64,000 nucleotides of DNA from Pecten maximus. Taxonomy: Eukaryota. The first letter of the stretch is position 1. Each line of letters opens with the position of its first letter. The stretch lies in assembly GCF_902652985.1 (NCBI RefSeq), contig NC_047022.1, forward strand, positions 43,338,001 to 43,402,000, written 5' to 3'. The notes beneath the pieces were generated by a model that saw nothing but the letters and a program-made list of their open reading frames with translations, was not told where the DNA came from and did not search any database. Both the position numbers and the translations under genes were made by a program. Below, in pieces: positions 1 to 12,867 of the stretch.

Positions 1-1322
1 ATATATTTACAGTTATTGAATATTGCAACGTTTGACACGCCATAGTAGGATATATCTACAATAACAACTTAGGTATGTTACAGCTACAATTGCAACATAT
101 GTGATTATAACAACACTAATGCGGTTGGGATAAATGACTACAGATGATAACGTTTGGTCAAACAGTATAGTGTGTGTTATAACTCCACAAATTTCCACAG
201 TATTTGATTCCTGAATGTTGGCACGATCATAATTATTGATGCTTGTATAAAACAGCTTGAAAATCACAATCGGGTGGAAAACACGGGAAATATATGTATG
301 AAGCCCCTAAAAAGTTGAAGAATGAAAACCAGACCATATGTTCCGGAAGGATAGGCGTCTTCTGCTTTATCTACGACTCCAGTTATATATATTAGCATAT
401 GTCCCATGTCACTGTCAACATCAAACCAAGTCTCTGGAGAGAAACGCACACGGTACAGTATGATAGCCACGGCTACAAATGAAAGAAGAAAACACTAAAT
501 GCCGATAAAGAAATGACGAATCGTGTTTTAAAGAAATGTTCACAATAATGATTCCATATGGAAATTTCTTTCCGAGATTAGAAACTCGGACGTGCTTTAT
601 TCTTTGATTTGTTTACGTGTTGGTATCCTCTGCTGTTTTGTGACAAGGACATCACAATCTGGTGTTATATATACCCGAATGATAAGGGAACTAAATCGGA
701 TGTAGAACATACCGACAAGACCACCCAGCGAATTAAAACTGACCTATAGTTATTTAGTTGGAACACTGACAAGAACCGAGACATGTGCTTATATAGAATA
801 AACAATACACATTTTTCAGTCTGTTATTTTGTGCTTTTCTGAATCTATATATAGATGTAACTCAGTGCAAGGTTCTAAGGTTTTAAGTCTTTTGTATAAC
901 GATTTGTTCCTCAGTACCAGAAAGGAATAGGAGAATATCTTTAATTATAGACACTTCAGACCGCCTGTTGAAATGCGAAAATAAGGAAACAATTATAGTA
1001 AAGCAAAACGCAATCCTGACTATAATGATATTATGTGATTTGCCTAATATGCGTTTATTTTCCCTTCGAAGGTCACAGACTAAAACACGGTCAACTGTAC
1101 CTCCGTGTATACACTTGAGGTTACTCGCCGTAACAAAATCGCCTTAACATTCGCCCCCTGCTGTGACGAGGTTTGTGTAGCTTCACTGGTTTTACTTGTA
1201 CAATGTAGTCAGACTCAACACACAGGCGTTTGACAAGGGCAATGTTGTGTAAGGTCGTAAGTATGACTTTTTACGTGATTACAATTATTATACGCAATCT
1301 TCTTCTGTTTTCTCTGTTCCAG

Positions 1323-1343
1323 GTACACTGAGCTTTAACTGAG
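1323..1343 (+). other. 21-nt non-coding 5'UTR micro-exon, probably of the 7545-9467 gene
   Basis: Strong acceptor ttcttctgttttctctgttccAG (ends 1322) and donor GAG|GTAAGT (1344). Upstream donor GTAAGT at 1257 gives a 66-nt intron. All three frames of the exon contain a stop. Confidence 0.55.
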
Positions 1344-1650
1344 GTAAGTATTGATTAAATAATTTAGATTTTGTACTTTAAAACGTTAGACGGGTATTTA
1401 GTTGTGGAACATATCAAATAGCCTAATGTGTTTCTCGTATTACACGGACAAAGTCTGCGTTTATGATAACATAAGTTATGTGTGATACATGTTTTGGGAC
1501 TTGTATACATGTATGTTTCCCATCTGTTAATTGTTTATCATTGTTGTGTCCAACATCGTCCGTCAATCAAAGGACAAATGCTGATATAAACTTAAATATC
1601 CTTGTTTATTATTACTGGAGTAAACGTGTAACAAATTGTCCACGTGCATA

Positions 1651-1840
1651 GAAAACATTTTATGGCGGGGAGATATAACTGATTAATATCTCCCCGCCAT
1701 AAAAATGTTTTCATAAAAAGATAAGCGTACTATCTGTTTCTTTGTTTCAGTCTGTAAGTCATCCGCGGATACCCACGGTTGATTGAACTACACTACAATA
1801 CAAGCGTAGTGTAGTGTTGTCCAATCAAACTTGGGTATCC
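1651..1840. repeat. Two adjacent inverted repeats/hairpins (MITE-like remnant)
   Basis: aaaacattttatggcggggagatat...atatctccccgccataaaaatgtttt (1651-1710) and gataccca...actacactac...gtagtgtagt...tgggtatc (about 1768-1840). Confidence 0.6.
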
Positions 1841-2210
1841 GACAATGTCTGTATAGTTACTTACTATCTTGTTATTATTTAGATCTCGTTACGGTTTACA
1901 TACGTATCCATGTCAACACCTACACTGGTGCCAAGTGATACAATTAATGCTGTATTTATAGGGATATCCCGCACAAGTCGAACGTTGATCTGTCCATTCT
2001 AAGAAATCGTTTTAATGACATTTAAAGCTTAAATCATATTTTCAGCATCAAAATATTGTTCCTGTCGTTAGTAAATTTGGTGTAAATACCCCTGATCAAT
2101 ATAAGTATACTTATATATATAGATCGTCCAAATATGGTCATTTGGAGATCCAGAAGTGAAGGCTCATTGGATCATACATTTTATGCAAAGTTCTAGGCAT
2201 ATTTTACATC

Positions 2211-2282
2211 TAAATATCTACAAATCGAAATATCTAAAAATCGAAATATCTAAAAATCGAAATATCTAAAAATTGAAATATC
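2211..2282. repeat. 16-bp tandem repeat, about 4.5 copies
   Basis: Unit aaatatctaaaaatcg. Confidence 0.8.
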
Positions 2283-4611
2283 CATGAACGTTAAACACGC
2301 ATTTTGAAAATAAAGTTGAACAAGCACATGACATAAGTACATGTAGAAATGTGTGGTCATTGTCTTGGTATTCTGTCCATCAGAGGTGGAAAGTAATTCT
2401 TAAACATAAAAAGTTCAAAAACTCTCCAATGTCAAGGTCATTAGATCTTTCCGGAAAAGGGACATATAAAGAGTCAGCCACACGATGAATAAAACATATA
2501 TATGATACAATTGTATCGCCAATCCCACCCTTGTCAACGTCCTGGTGACAAACGTGTCGTGTTGTGTGTATGCGATAACGTGTCGTTAAATAGTAAACTG
2601 TTCTGTTTACTTTTTAAATTGTACTTTTTCCGGCATGTTCAGACAGCAGACTAATGTTTACAGTGCTGGACATATGGCCACTGTCGCCCAATGATTGATG
2701 TTAGTTTTCAAAACTTAGATTTTTAACGTGTGGATAAGAGATCGGTGGTATAAAGGGGGAAAGGACAGACGAATTTAGTATGTAATACTGGAATGATACT
2801 TAATTTTAAATATAGGAGTATCATAAGGTGAGTATCAAAATATCACTCACATATTTATTCATGTTTACTCTCTTCCCTATTTTATATCTACCTCATCCAT
2901 GACTAAGAATGTTTTTCTCTGATGTGATATTGTACCACACGTGGCTTTGATTTCTATATGTTGTATATATGTACATGGACATGTGATTTTCTCATGTGCG
3001 GTTTTACATACGTACATGGCGTCCTTGTCGTAGTTGTACTGACATTTCGATATTCAGTGTAAATTGTTCGCAATAATGCAATAATCGAATGAAGTGTTAA
3101 TACTGATAGCTGTTTGTCTTACAGTTATTTTTGAATGAGACATCAGCGAATATTCCCTACAGTGATACCTACCTATATCGTAATATAATAGGTTCGTGAT
3201 GTTAATAAATATAACAACTTGTAAAGGAGATTTCGTTTGATACATAAGTATAATTTGTGTGAAGTGCTCTTTTAGACATGTTTAATCACTTAAACTGCTG
3301 ACGTGATGATGACCTCAGTATAAACAGTACGGTTGGACGTGATTTACTGTAGTATACGTCCGCCTTCCTGAACAGACTGTATACCCTGGTATGTTTAAGT
3401 CATTCTTCTAGGCAGGTGGTAAAGGCAGATATGTTGTTATAAACACAAAGACACACAAATCGTCACAATACTGTCTCCAAACAAATCTAAATCAGCAGGA
3501 TGATTGTGGTGAGTTGATTCGTGTATCATCATCACGTGAAATTAATTAACAGTGTGTGAAACACGAGACGAAGTATACATAACAATGGCTGTGGCAGTAC
3601 ACAGGGATAATTGTTTAAACTAAGTAGGCTTAGTGTTATTGCGATGATCACTAAAGTCCTGGGTGGATTTAGGCTGGGTAACATGAATGTATTATAAACA
3701 GTTTGTTATAAACAGGAAGGCCGTGAGTATAACAATGCGGTGTGTACGTTAGAGTTTATTGTTACAATTGGTAGGATCATAATTCACACTCAGAAGTTCA
3801 CATGTATACCTTTTGTTTATTTATATCATTGGCCTTGTTGACAGGTAATTATACGTGTGTAATGAATTTTAAGTTTCGTGAGAAATATGTGCATTATATA
3901 AGCAAACATGTTTTCTAACAGGTGTATTTGTAAATAACCAAGATGTCGCTACATAAATAGATTGTATACTGAGATCGCTAAGCCACTTTATGAAATAAGA
4001 ACAAACATTGTTAAGAGTTTTTTTCCTATATCCAATCTATCTCATAATCATAAGTCATGCATTCACTAATACAAGTTAAGGCCTGATGTAATTTAATCGT
4101 CAAGTATGGAGAAAGGCGAACAAATATATTGGTGCTACTCAAAAATGTCATTTAAGTACTCTACAGTCTACATAGGGGCCAACCCTGATTAAGTACTAGT
4201 GAAGTCCTTGTGAGTGGGAGATATTAAAATCCGACCGTGGTTATATTTGCGGGAGGGGGTTGGGATTCGTATGGGAATCATCCGTGTAATATCTCAATAT
4301 CATGCTAAAGGGAAAGTTGTTAGAGACAGCCTCAGTATATTGTAAGTGTCGTCACACAAACTGTGTGTCTGATCGTGACTGACTGTACTATAACAAATGG
4401 AGACTCACTGAAATTAAAATTTAATGTAATAAACTCTGTCAATGATTTAGTTCAAATATTTTCCATCTTGCCACAAAGTAACACTAAGATGGATATCAAT
4501 AATTAACACAACTACTCCACCTTCAGAATTATATCATGTTCATTTAAATACCTATAATAATTTATGATGAAGTTTTGCTAACAATAAGCTATTCAGTATA
4601 TGAAAACTACC

Positions 4612-4821
4612 ACATTGAGTGTGTTGGTGTGTAGACTGACTAGATTTGACAGAGGCTGATCACCTTTGTCCCGGAGGTACAGTGAGTGTGATCCTCTTTG
4701 TCCCGGAGGTACAGTGAGTGTGATCCTCTTTGTCCCGGAGGTACAGTGAGTGTGTTGGTGTGTAGACTGACTAGATTTGACAGAGGCTGATCAACTTTGC
4801 CCAGGAGGTACATTGAGTGTG
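4612..4821. repeat. Compound tandem repeat (about 31-bp unit plus a longer duplicated unit)
   Basis: gtacagtgagtgtgatcctctttgtcccggag is repeated; gtgttggtgtgtagactgactagatttgacagaggctgatca occurs twice. Confidence 0.75.
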
Positions 4822-5505
4822 GCCTTCAGTACCAGCTGTTTCTTTTTATCTAATTTACACTCGTATTGATTTGTCTGTTTGGTTTCATTATTCCTGCTAT
4901 TGTTGCAATGTCTAGGAACAAGTTTCCCTGTTGTATGTTGTAAAAATCAGGTACAACACACTTTCCGTAGCCTAGATCAACCAACCTCTACAACAGCACT
5001 AGTCTTTCTATATCAGAACATTGACATATGAAAAATTATTATGTATGGGCAAAATGAGTTTCATACCAAGTACTTGTAATAAGAACAATTTAATTTTAAG
5101 ATTCTTGCGTATTCAACCTTAACGTCTCTAATGAAAACACACGAAGTTTTTTCTTTATGATGTCACCTCATTGTTACTTAATTAATATCAAATCTGTATA
5201 GTGTTTATGTTGCAAGTATAAACTTTCATGTTACGTAACATAGAATTGTGTTTGTTACTGCAATGTAAATACAGGTCACCGAAATGTCACTAGCCTGTTT
5301 AGGGAGTGAATGTTATCTTCTGCTTCAAACAGATATATAATTATATACTGCGCCTACTTGAGTGCAAGCCTTTTGTTATTTAAGACTTGCATTTTGTAAA
5401 TATCGTCACAATCGAAGTGATCAGACTAGTTTATCTACTACAAAGTACTAAGTAAACATGTATAATGTAGCATAGTATCTATCCATACTACTGTCTCTGT
5501 CGTTG

Positions 5506-5786
5506 TATAGCAACATTATTTGACATACATGGCTGCCCTCTACACAGGACACATATAGCAACATTGTTTGACATACATTGCTGCCCTCTACACAGGACAC
5601 ATATAGCAACATTGTTTGACATACATTGCTGCCCTCTACACAGGACACATATAGCAACATAATTTGACATACATGGCTGCCCTCTACACAGGACACATAT
5701 AGCAACATTATTTGACATACATGGCTGCCCTCTACACAGGATATATATCGCAACATTATTTGACATACATGGCTGCCCTCGACACA
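5506..5786. repeat. 48-bp minisatellite, about 6 copies
   Basis: Unit tatagcaacattatttgacatacatggctgccctctacacaggacaca. Explains ORFs 5448-5807 and 5488-5787. Confidence 0.9.
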
Positions 5787-6791
5787 TAATGGTACCACAC
5801 TTATCATATACTATCTATAGTATCGCCTACATTTGAGGTGCATCTCACCCGAAAGCCTGGTTTGTAGTGATAAAATGGGGATAATGAATAGAGAGGGCTA
5901 ACTATGATAGTCTTTGATGTCGTTCTTTTTTGTCAGTCATACCCAATTTAGAAACCTTGATACATATGTAAAGACAGGGAGGGTAGACGACCGAAACGGA
6001 GTACATTTTATATCCCATTCATTCTTTTCAATCTTCAAATACCTGAGTTAGTATTGCTTACACACCTTGGTTGGTCAAATATGAGTCGTTTAAGCTAAGT
6101 CTGTATGTCACTCATTTGGCCATACGGAGGGGTGGAATTTATATAGGAAGATATGTTATTGCCAGTTTCTCCCAACATTTATTGATGGCTCAACATATTT
6201 TGATATTTGAATACTGTAATGGAAAAGAAATGTAACATTTTGAATAATAAACACTTAGCTCTTCAATGCTGAAGGAGCGTTAACGACCGTGGGTCTGCTG
6301 TTCTCTGTATTTAAGCTGAACATCTCGTGTATTAATATATCAAAACTGTGCCACTGGGGATACATCCAATTTACAAAAACACTTAAAGAATTCACGTATT
6401 GAATTATGTTTTGTTCACGGTTGAACACCCTTCTTTTTCACGATTCACCTGCTAGGTTCACGACAGTCATTATTTTCCTATAATAACAAAAATACCTCAG
6501 GTTGAAAACACCTTGTCGGTGGGACGAAATCTATTTTTAGTCGGTGTGATCAGCTGACTGTATGTGTCGGTGACGATTCCCTTACCTTAACTGACGCGAT
6601 ATATGGTAGACGTCACGTTAAGCACATGGTTAAATTTCTGGAGCATTCTATGTTGAGGATAACAAGTGATCTTATATAGAATAACTAGGATATATTGGAG
6701 ATGGTGTGGTACTGCATGTGTGCAAATTACCAGTGATTTGTATTGTCAACGTGATTCGCCTAAATCAATAGACTATTTTTTTCTGTTTCAG

Positions 6792-6860
6792 CACGCTGTG
6801 CGCTATATGCATGGATGTTGGCGGTTAATGGACAAAGACAGCTTGTAACGTGACACTCAG
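6792..6860 (+). other. Probable non-coding 5'UTR exon containing short uORFs
   Basis: Acceptor tatttttttctgtttcAG (ends 6791) and donor CAG|GTAAAC (6861). Every ATG is followed by an in-exon stop. Confidence 0.45.
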
Positions 6861-7134
6861 GTAAACTTTTGTTAGCATTGTTACATATGCAGGCGTTATC
6901 ATTAATATTGTTTTTGCAATCGAATAAGTTTACTGATGATTGTGTGTATGGTTCTTGATTTTGACCTTTGAGTTTAATAAGATACCCATTACGAGCCCTG
7001 GTGGTAATTATCCGTACTACATATCTCTGTAACAGGCTGACAATGCCACACATGTTTTGTAAATATCATGGGAGAATGTCCTAATTAGTATATCAACAGT
7101 ATCTAAGAGTGTGTAGAAGATCATGTGACTCTCT

Positions 7135-7235
7135 TAGCCTAGTGGTAATATTCCTTTAAGCCTAGTGGTAGGATGTCGACAAGGAGGGAGAGTCCCATAG
7201 CGGGCAGGATATTTTTCATTCATCCTTTCTACGAC
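7135..7235 (+). mobile_element. Degenerate tRNA-derived SINE head
   Basis: A-box-like TAGCCTAGTGG (duplicated) followed by a decayed B-box region. Confidence 0.35.
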
Positions 7236-7544
7236 ACAGGTATCAGTATGATACATAAATATGGGATACATATGACTCTATACAGTGCACTTTTTAATCG
7301 AATTTGAAACATATACATCTTATATTTCAGAATAATCGAGGAAAAATAAGACATGACCTTACATAATTGGACAAACAAACAAGTGTGGTACTTGTTATTA
7401 TGTCCTGTGCTTCTTGGTGACAACACTGCACGTGCTATCTGAAGGAATGACAGTTGACAGCGTGTGAAAGCTTAATTATACGATAACGTCCATGCGATTG
7501 ATGAAGCAACGTATTTAATCAATAATACAGAGAAAATTAGGCTG

Positions 7545-9467
7545 ATGCGTCTTTATGCCTTCCATAATCCGATACCTCTGATGGTATATTTAACCGGTGT
7601 GGTATGTCTAGACGTCGCGCGAGCGGATACAGTTACCGATGGAAGGCACACACCTGATTTGGCAAATTTCTCAACAATTCAAAATCGTTCGGACTTTGTC
7701 ATTTCGAAGGAGAGTGCCAGTTCTACTACTTTTCACGATACGGACCTACCTGAATGGTTAGACGGATATCAAACGGAGCCCAAGAAAAAGTCCAACCTTA
7801 ACCTGGCGTTCTTACCAGGACTGGCAGTTCTCTTCCTGTTCATATTCGTATTTTTCCGGGCGTGTAAATGGTACAGAGAAAGTTCAAAGATCAAAGAAAG
7901 GGGCTGCAGCTATGACGTTGCTAGCTATGTAATTCTAGTCCAAGGAGATAAGAATTTCCACGATGTAGATATTGGTGATAATTACGATACAGTGAACTCA
8001 TTTAATTCCTACCTAAGATCAGGCGCTTATGAAACGATCACGTCATCAAAATCTCTTCAATATCGCATGGATTCTCAAATGTACGACACTGTCACGTCAT
8101 ATTCGAACTATCTGCAGAAAATAGAAAAGGAGAGTAACCTTGAAATAGAATTGAAGGAGATTTCATCAGATGGCAGTCCATCGCCGAAACGGACATATTT
8201 CACGAAAAAATCTGCGAAATGTCGAGTAAAACTACCACAGGAAAGCAGATTTTCTATCAAACCAGCTCTTGACAACTACATGAGATTAAAAGGTGCTAAT
8301 CAAAAATCTCCGATGTCGCCAAAAAGTGTGCGATATGATAGTGTGGACCGCATAGACGGGACTCCACGGAAGATGGTATCGAAGACGAACGTAACGGTTA
8401 ATGCAGCCTCCTCGGAGTCCCTGTTACAATCTAACAGGACATACGGACGACAGATGAGCACGGACAGCCAAAGGTCTAGCCCTGCGCGAAGTGTAGTTAA
8501 TATAATAAGGTTAGAAAACCTGCGGAGAAGCGTCTCTGAAGATACGTCTAAGTCGATACAACCGCGAGATGAAATTATAAAGAAAACATGTAGCAAAATC
8601 AAAAACAGTTGCTCAACTAGTACAGACGAAAACCGAGAGTTTATACAAAACAACTTGTGTAATAAACCAGTACGCATGGTGGATGCAGAAACCCAGTGTC
8701 AAATTACGTCACCATCATTGTCCTCGAAACGTAGAGGGCGCGTGGTGTCCCTTCGTTCTGATACCGAACACGATTCTGATGCAAATGACACGGTCAAAAT
8801 TACCTCGCATGTAAATACTGCTGCTATTACTAGTGTTACCGCGATGGATCAAATCGCTGCCGAAAAACACACAGAGAACAGTGATAATTTACCTGATCCT
8901 GTAGTTCTGGACGATTTACAAGACAACCTGTCACCTCCCTTGGTGAAGCCGACAGTCTTTTCAGTGTGTGCAGTAGTGCATAATGTTGACACTGTGGCGA
9001 TCCCTTCAGAATACGCCTGTGAAACTCAGTCACCTGACAACAATCCGTATACAAATAGAGACTCAGAAATGGAGGGTGAAATGAAAAACCAGGATATGGA
9101 TACTTACGGTGATAAAAACTGTCAGTCAAATGGATTAATGTTTAATGCTAATGGGACTGATAATACTTTGATCGAAAATGAAAAACTTCATCCATCCATG
9201 TCAAATGGTTTGGAAAGTCGGGATTATAAGAAAAGTGAAAATGGATGTTGCCAGGTTAATGGGACGTGTTTGCCATCTGTGGCAACGTTATCATCGGAGG
9301 GTTCAATATTTGAGAAAAGTTGTCTGCTCAGTAACGGGAAAGGAAACACGTCTCATTGCATTGCCAGGAGAAGTTCCTTTCAAAACATGTCAAAATCAAA
9401 ACACGACAGTGCTATTGAAATTCAAAATGAGCTCAGTCAAGGTGCATATATCGAAATGGTTCATTAG
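7545..9467 (+). CDS. Uncharacterised 640-aa type I single-pass membrane protein: short ectodomain, long disordered cytoplasmic tail rich in Tyr motifs
   Basis: Non-repetitive 1923-nt ORF in AT-rich DNA. Signal-like N-terminus ending DVARA, N-glycosylation sequons NFS and NRS, TM segment LAFLPGLAVLFLFIFVFF followed by basic RACKWYR, Ser/Thr/basic-rich tail. Candidate acceptor at 7330. Confidence 0.9.
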   Translation: MRLYAFHNPIPLMVYLTGVVCLDVARADTVTDGRHTPDLANFSTIQNRSDFVISKESASSTTFHDTDLPEWLDGYQTEPKKKSNLNLAFLPGLAVLFLFIFVFFRACKWYRESSKIKERGCSYDVASYVILVQGDKNFHDVDIGDNYDTVNSFNSYLRSGAYETITSSKSLQYRMDSQMYDTVTSYSNYLQKIEKESNLEIELKEISSDGSPSPKRTYFTKKSAKCRVKLPQESRFSIKPALDNYMRLKGANQKSPMSPKSVRYDSVDRIDGTPRKMVSKTNVTVNAASSESLLQSNRTYGRQMSTDSQRSSPARSVVNIIRLENLRRSVSEDTSKSIQPRDEIIKKTCSKIKNSCSTSTDENREFIQNNLCNKPVRMVDAETQCQITSPSLSSKRRGRVVSLRSDTEHDSDANDTVKITSHVNTAAITSVTAMDQIAAEKHTENSDNLPDPVVLDDLQDNLSPPLVKPTVFSVCAVVHNVDTVAIPSEYACETQSPDNNPYTNRDSEMEGEMKNQDMDTYGDKNCQSNGLMFNANGTDNTLIENEKLHPSMSNGLESRDYKKSENGCCQVNGTCLPSVATLSSEGSIFEKSCLLSNGKGNTSHCIARRSSFQNMSKSKHDSAIEIQNELSQGAYIEMVH

Positions 9468-9930
9468 ATGTCATTTGAAATGTAATATTGTAACACATAA
9501 TGTTAAAATTTCCATAAGTTAAAAGTCTAAATTTATTCTAAAGAATTTTTCACGGATTTATTTGAAGGAAGCTTAAATACTTGCTAGTATATTGCGAATG
9601 TGTTATTTTAAAGGCATTTGAAATGCACGTTGTTTTTGCAATGGGGGTTAAGTTAAAACGTTTAATTATCAAATGCAAATGTTCAAGTTTAGAAAGAGAA
9701 GTACATGTATAGCTATATGTGTCCGTGTAGAGCTATGTAGGAATGTGGTGTCGTTAATTTACAAGATAGATTCTATCATATAAAAGGTAACCTCGTTTTT
9801 CTACTGATATTTCATATGAGCTAATTGTTTCCCCTGTTTGTATAACTGAATCTGTTTGTGTTCTATAATGTACCTATTCCAAGACATTGTTGTACATTAA
9901 GATTTATATCAGACTAGACTTAAACAGGTT

Positions 9931-10029
9931 CCACTGTATAATAGAATAATTCCATTACTAGTATGATATCCGAATCCAACCACTGTATAATAGAATAATT
10001 CCATTACTAGTATGATATCCGAATCCAAT
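9931..10029. repeat. 50-bp direct duplication
   Basis: ccactgtataatagaataattccattactagtatgatatccgaatccaa at 9931 and 9981. Confidence 0.85.
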
Positions 10030-10253
10030 CTAATCCTAACTTTGCCTTTATGTCTCTACTTTCTCTACCTTTGCCCATTTCCAACTCGTTTTTCTTAACA
10101 TCCTGCATCCCCACCTACAGTGTCTCCACCCCAACACTCCCTTAATATCACTTGTTTGTCGTTCCCTATTCTCTATTTACAGCCTGCTTCGTTAACTGGG
10201 GATATTTTCATTATTTGTTTTATCTTATAAGACAGAAACGTGAGACGAGGGTC

Positions 10254-10544
10254 CATTGTATTTTTCATTCTGATTTACTTCTGAAGAGACGTGTCCAGCA
10301 CATTGTGTTTTTCATTCTAACTTACTCCTGAAGACACGTGTCCAGCACATTGTATTTTTCATTCTAACTTACTCCTGAATAGACGTGTCCAGCACATTGT
10401 GTTTTTCATTCTAACTTACTCCTGAAGACACGTGTCCAGCACATTGTATTTTTCATTCTAACTTACTCCTGAAGACACCTGTCCAGCACATTGTGTTTTT
10501 CATTCTGACTTACTTCTGAAGAGACGTGTCCAGCACATTGTGTT
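10254..10544. repeat. 47-bp minisatellite, about 6 copies
   Basis: Unit cattgtatttttcattctaacttactcctgaagacacgtgtccagca. Confidence 0.9.
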
Positions 10545-11582
10545 CACCTCTTATTTTTGTTTGCATCAACCTGCCTTATTTGAAAAACTGCCAAGTATTT
10601 GTTTTATTGTTTGCTTTATTGTTTACAGGTTATTGTGTAAAGGAAGCTGATAGCCTCGCCGAGTGTAGGCTTTAAGGTTCTAAACAGATTCGTATTGCTA
10701 TCATGATTTTATTTATACTATGTATAAGTTTTGTATACCAGATCCTGATTAACAGGCTAAAAACATTAAAACATATTAATATACAATTCATAATTGGAAG
10801 CATGTACTTTGTAGTTTTTATTACGTTCGATATGTCTATCATAGCATTACTGTTAATGCGTTACTGTTGTTTGATGTGTTTGCCCTTCCATCATTGTCAC
10901 AAGGAATACCAGATCATTAGAATACACTGTATACCGCATTCAGTTCAAAGTTAGTATTGAATTTCTTCCATGACGAAATAGTGAAATTTGCGTTGAAGAA
11001 TTCATACAATTCTAAGGTCGGGTCAATTCGATCTAAATATTAACCACCGCATTTTGTTTCCTAACGGTATGTGAATTAAACTTATATTTCGAAAATGTAC
11101 CTTTACCAGCTTTATAATAACGATCCTCTGTGGGCACGAGATAAAATCTTCGTAATATTGGAATAGCTATACGGAGATCTGTTGTAACAAGAGTGCGAGA
11201 TATTTGTCACATTTTCACGGAGATCTTTGCTTTTGTTAAGACAGAAATATACGATTACACTACATCAAACATTGTGAACTGTGCTTCCTCTATTCAGGAC
11301 GGCAGACGATGTTACGTAACAAACTCCAGACAATTATCTCGTTTTGATATGCTAGTGTGTCCCTCCGACCGGAAGCGGTTAGAAAGCTATTTAAAACGAA
11401 CAATTAACTTAAGACGTTTTGGCGAGGAATTATTGAAGTCAATAATTATTTAAATTACATTCGTCTTATCTATCATAACTCCGGAGATACATTTCGATGA
11501 GAGTTTTAAAATCATTTGTTTCGCTACTGTATTATATATGTAACCTTTTTGTGTTTGCCCCTTTTCTGTAGGGACGGGATCT

Positions 11583-12867
11583 TCTAGTGGACAGTTGTCT
11601 GTATTGTACGGTAAGACCCCTTGTGTACAGTTGTCTGTATTGTACGGTCAGACCCCTAGTGTACAGTTGTCTGTATTGTACGGTCAGACCCCTAGTGTAC
11701 AGTTGTCTGTATTGTACGGTCAGACCCCTAGTGTACAGTTGTCTGTATTGTACGGTCAGACCCCTAGTGTACAGTTGTCTGTATTATACGGTCAGACCCC
11801 TAGTGTACAGTTGTCTGTATTATACAGTCAGACCCCTAGTGTACAGTTGTCTGTATTATACGGTCAGACCCCTAGTGTACAGTTGTCTGTATTATACGGT
11901 CAGACCCCTAGTGTACAGTTGTCTGTTTTGTACGGTCAGACCCCTAGTGTACAGTTGTCTGTATTGTACGGTCAGACCCCTAGTGTACAGTTGTCTGTAT
12001 TGTACGGTCAGACCCCTAGTGTACAGTTGTCTGTATTGTACGGTCAGACCCCTAGTGTACAGTTGTCTGTATTATACAGTCAGACCCCTAGTGTACAGTT
12101 GTCTGTATTGTACGGTCAGACCCCTAGTGTACAGTTGTCTGTATTATACAGTCAGACCCCTAGTGTACAGTTGTCTATTATACGGTCAGACCCCTAGTGA
12201 ACAGTTGTCTGTATTATACGGTCAGACCCCTAGTGTACAGTTGTCTGTATTATACGGTCAGACCCCTAGTGTACAGTTGTCTGTATTGTACAGTCAGACC
12301 CCTAGTGTAGAGTTGTCTGTATTATACGGTCAGACCCCTAGTGTACAGTTGTCTGTATTATACGGTCAGACCCCTAGTGTACAGTTGTCTGTATTGTACG
12401 GTCAGACCCCTAGTGTACAGTTGTCTGTATTGTACAGTCAGACCCCTAGTGTACAGTTGTCTGTATTGTACGGTCAGACCCCTAGTGTACAGTTGTCTGT
12501 TTTGTACGGTCAGACCCCTAGTGTACAGTTGTCTGTATTGTACGGTCAGACCCCTAGTGTACAGTTGTCTGTATTGTACGGTCAGACCCCTAGTGTACAG
12601 TTGTCTGTATTGTACGGTCAGACCCCTAGTGTACAGTTGTCTGTATTGTACGGTCAGACCCCTAGTGTACAGTTGTCTGTATTATACGGTCAGACCCCTA
12701 GTGTACAGTTGTCTGTATTATACAGTCAGACCCCTAGTGTACAGTTGTCTGTATTGTATATTCAGGCCCCTAGTGTACAGTTGTCTGTATTATACGGTCA
12801 AACCCCTAGTGTACAGTTGTCTGTATTGTACGGTCAGACCCCTAGTGTACAGTTCGCTGTATTGTAA
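11583..12867. repeat. 39-bp minisatellite, about 33 copies
   Basis: Unit contains cagacccctagtgtacagttgtctgtattgtacggt. Source of the YSCLYCTVRPLV and QLSVLYGQTPSV ORFs. Confidence 0.95.

Noticed and set aside
13-472. Minus-strand hydrophobic ORFs after a good acceptor at about 473
   Set aside because: No recognisable homology and stops in all frames. It may be a UTR or terminal exon of a neighbouring gene, but I cannot support a call.
8300-9522. ORFs overlapping the 640-aa gene, and 46262-46666 antisense to the alpha-kinase
   Set aside because: Shadow frames of real coding sequence.
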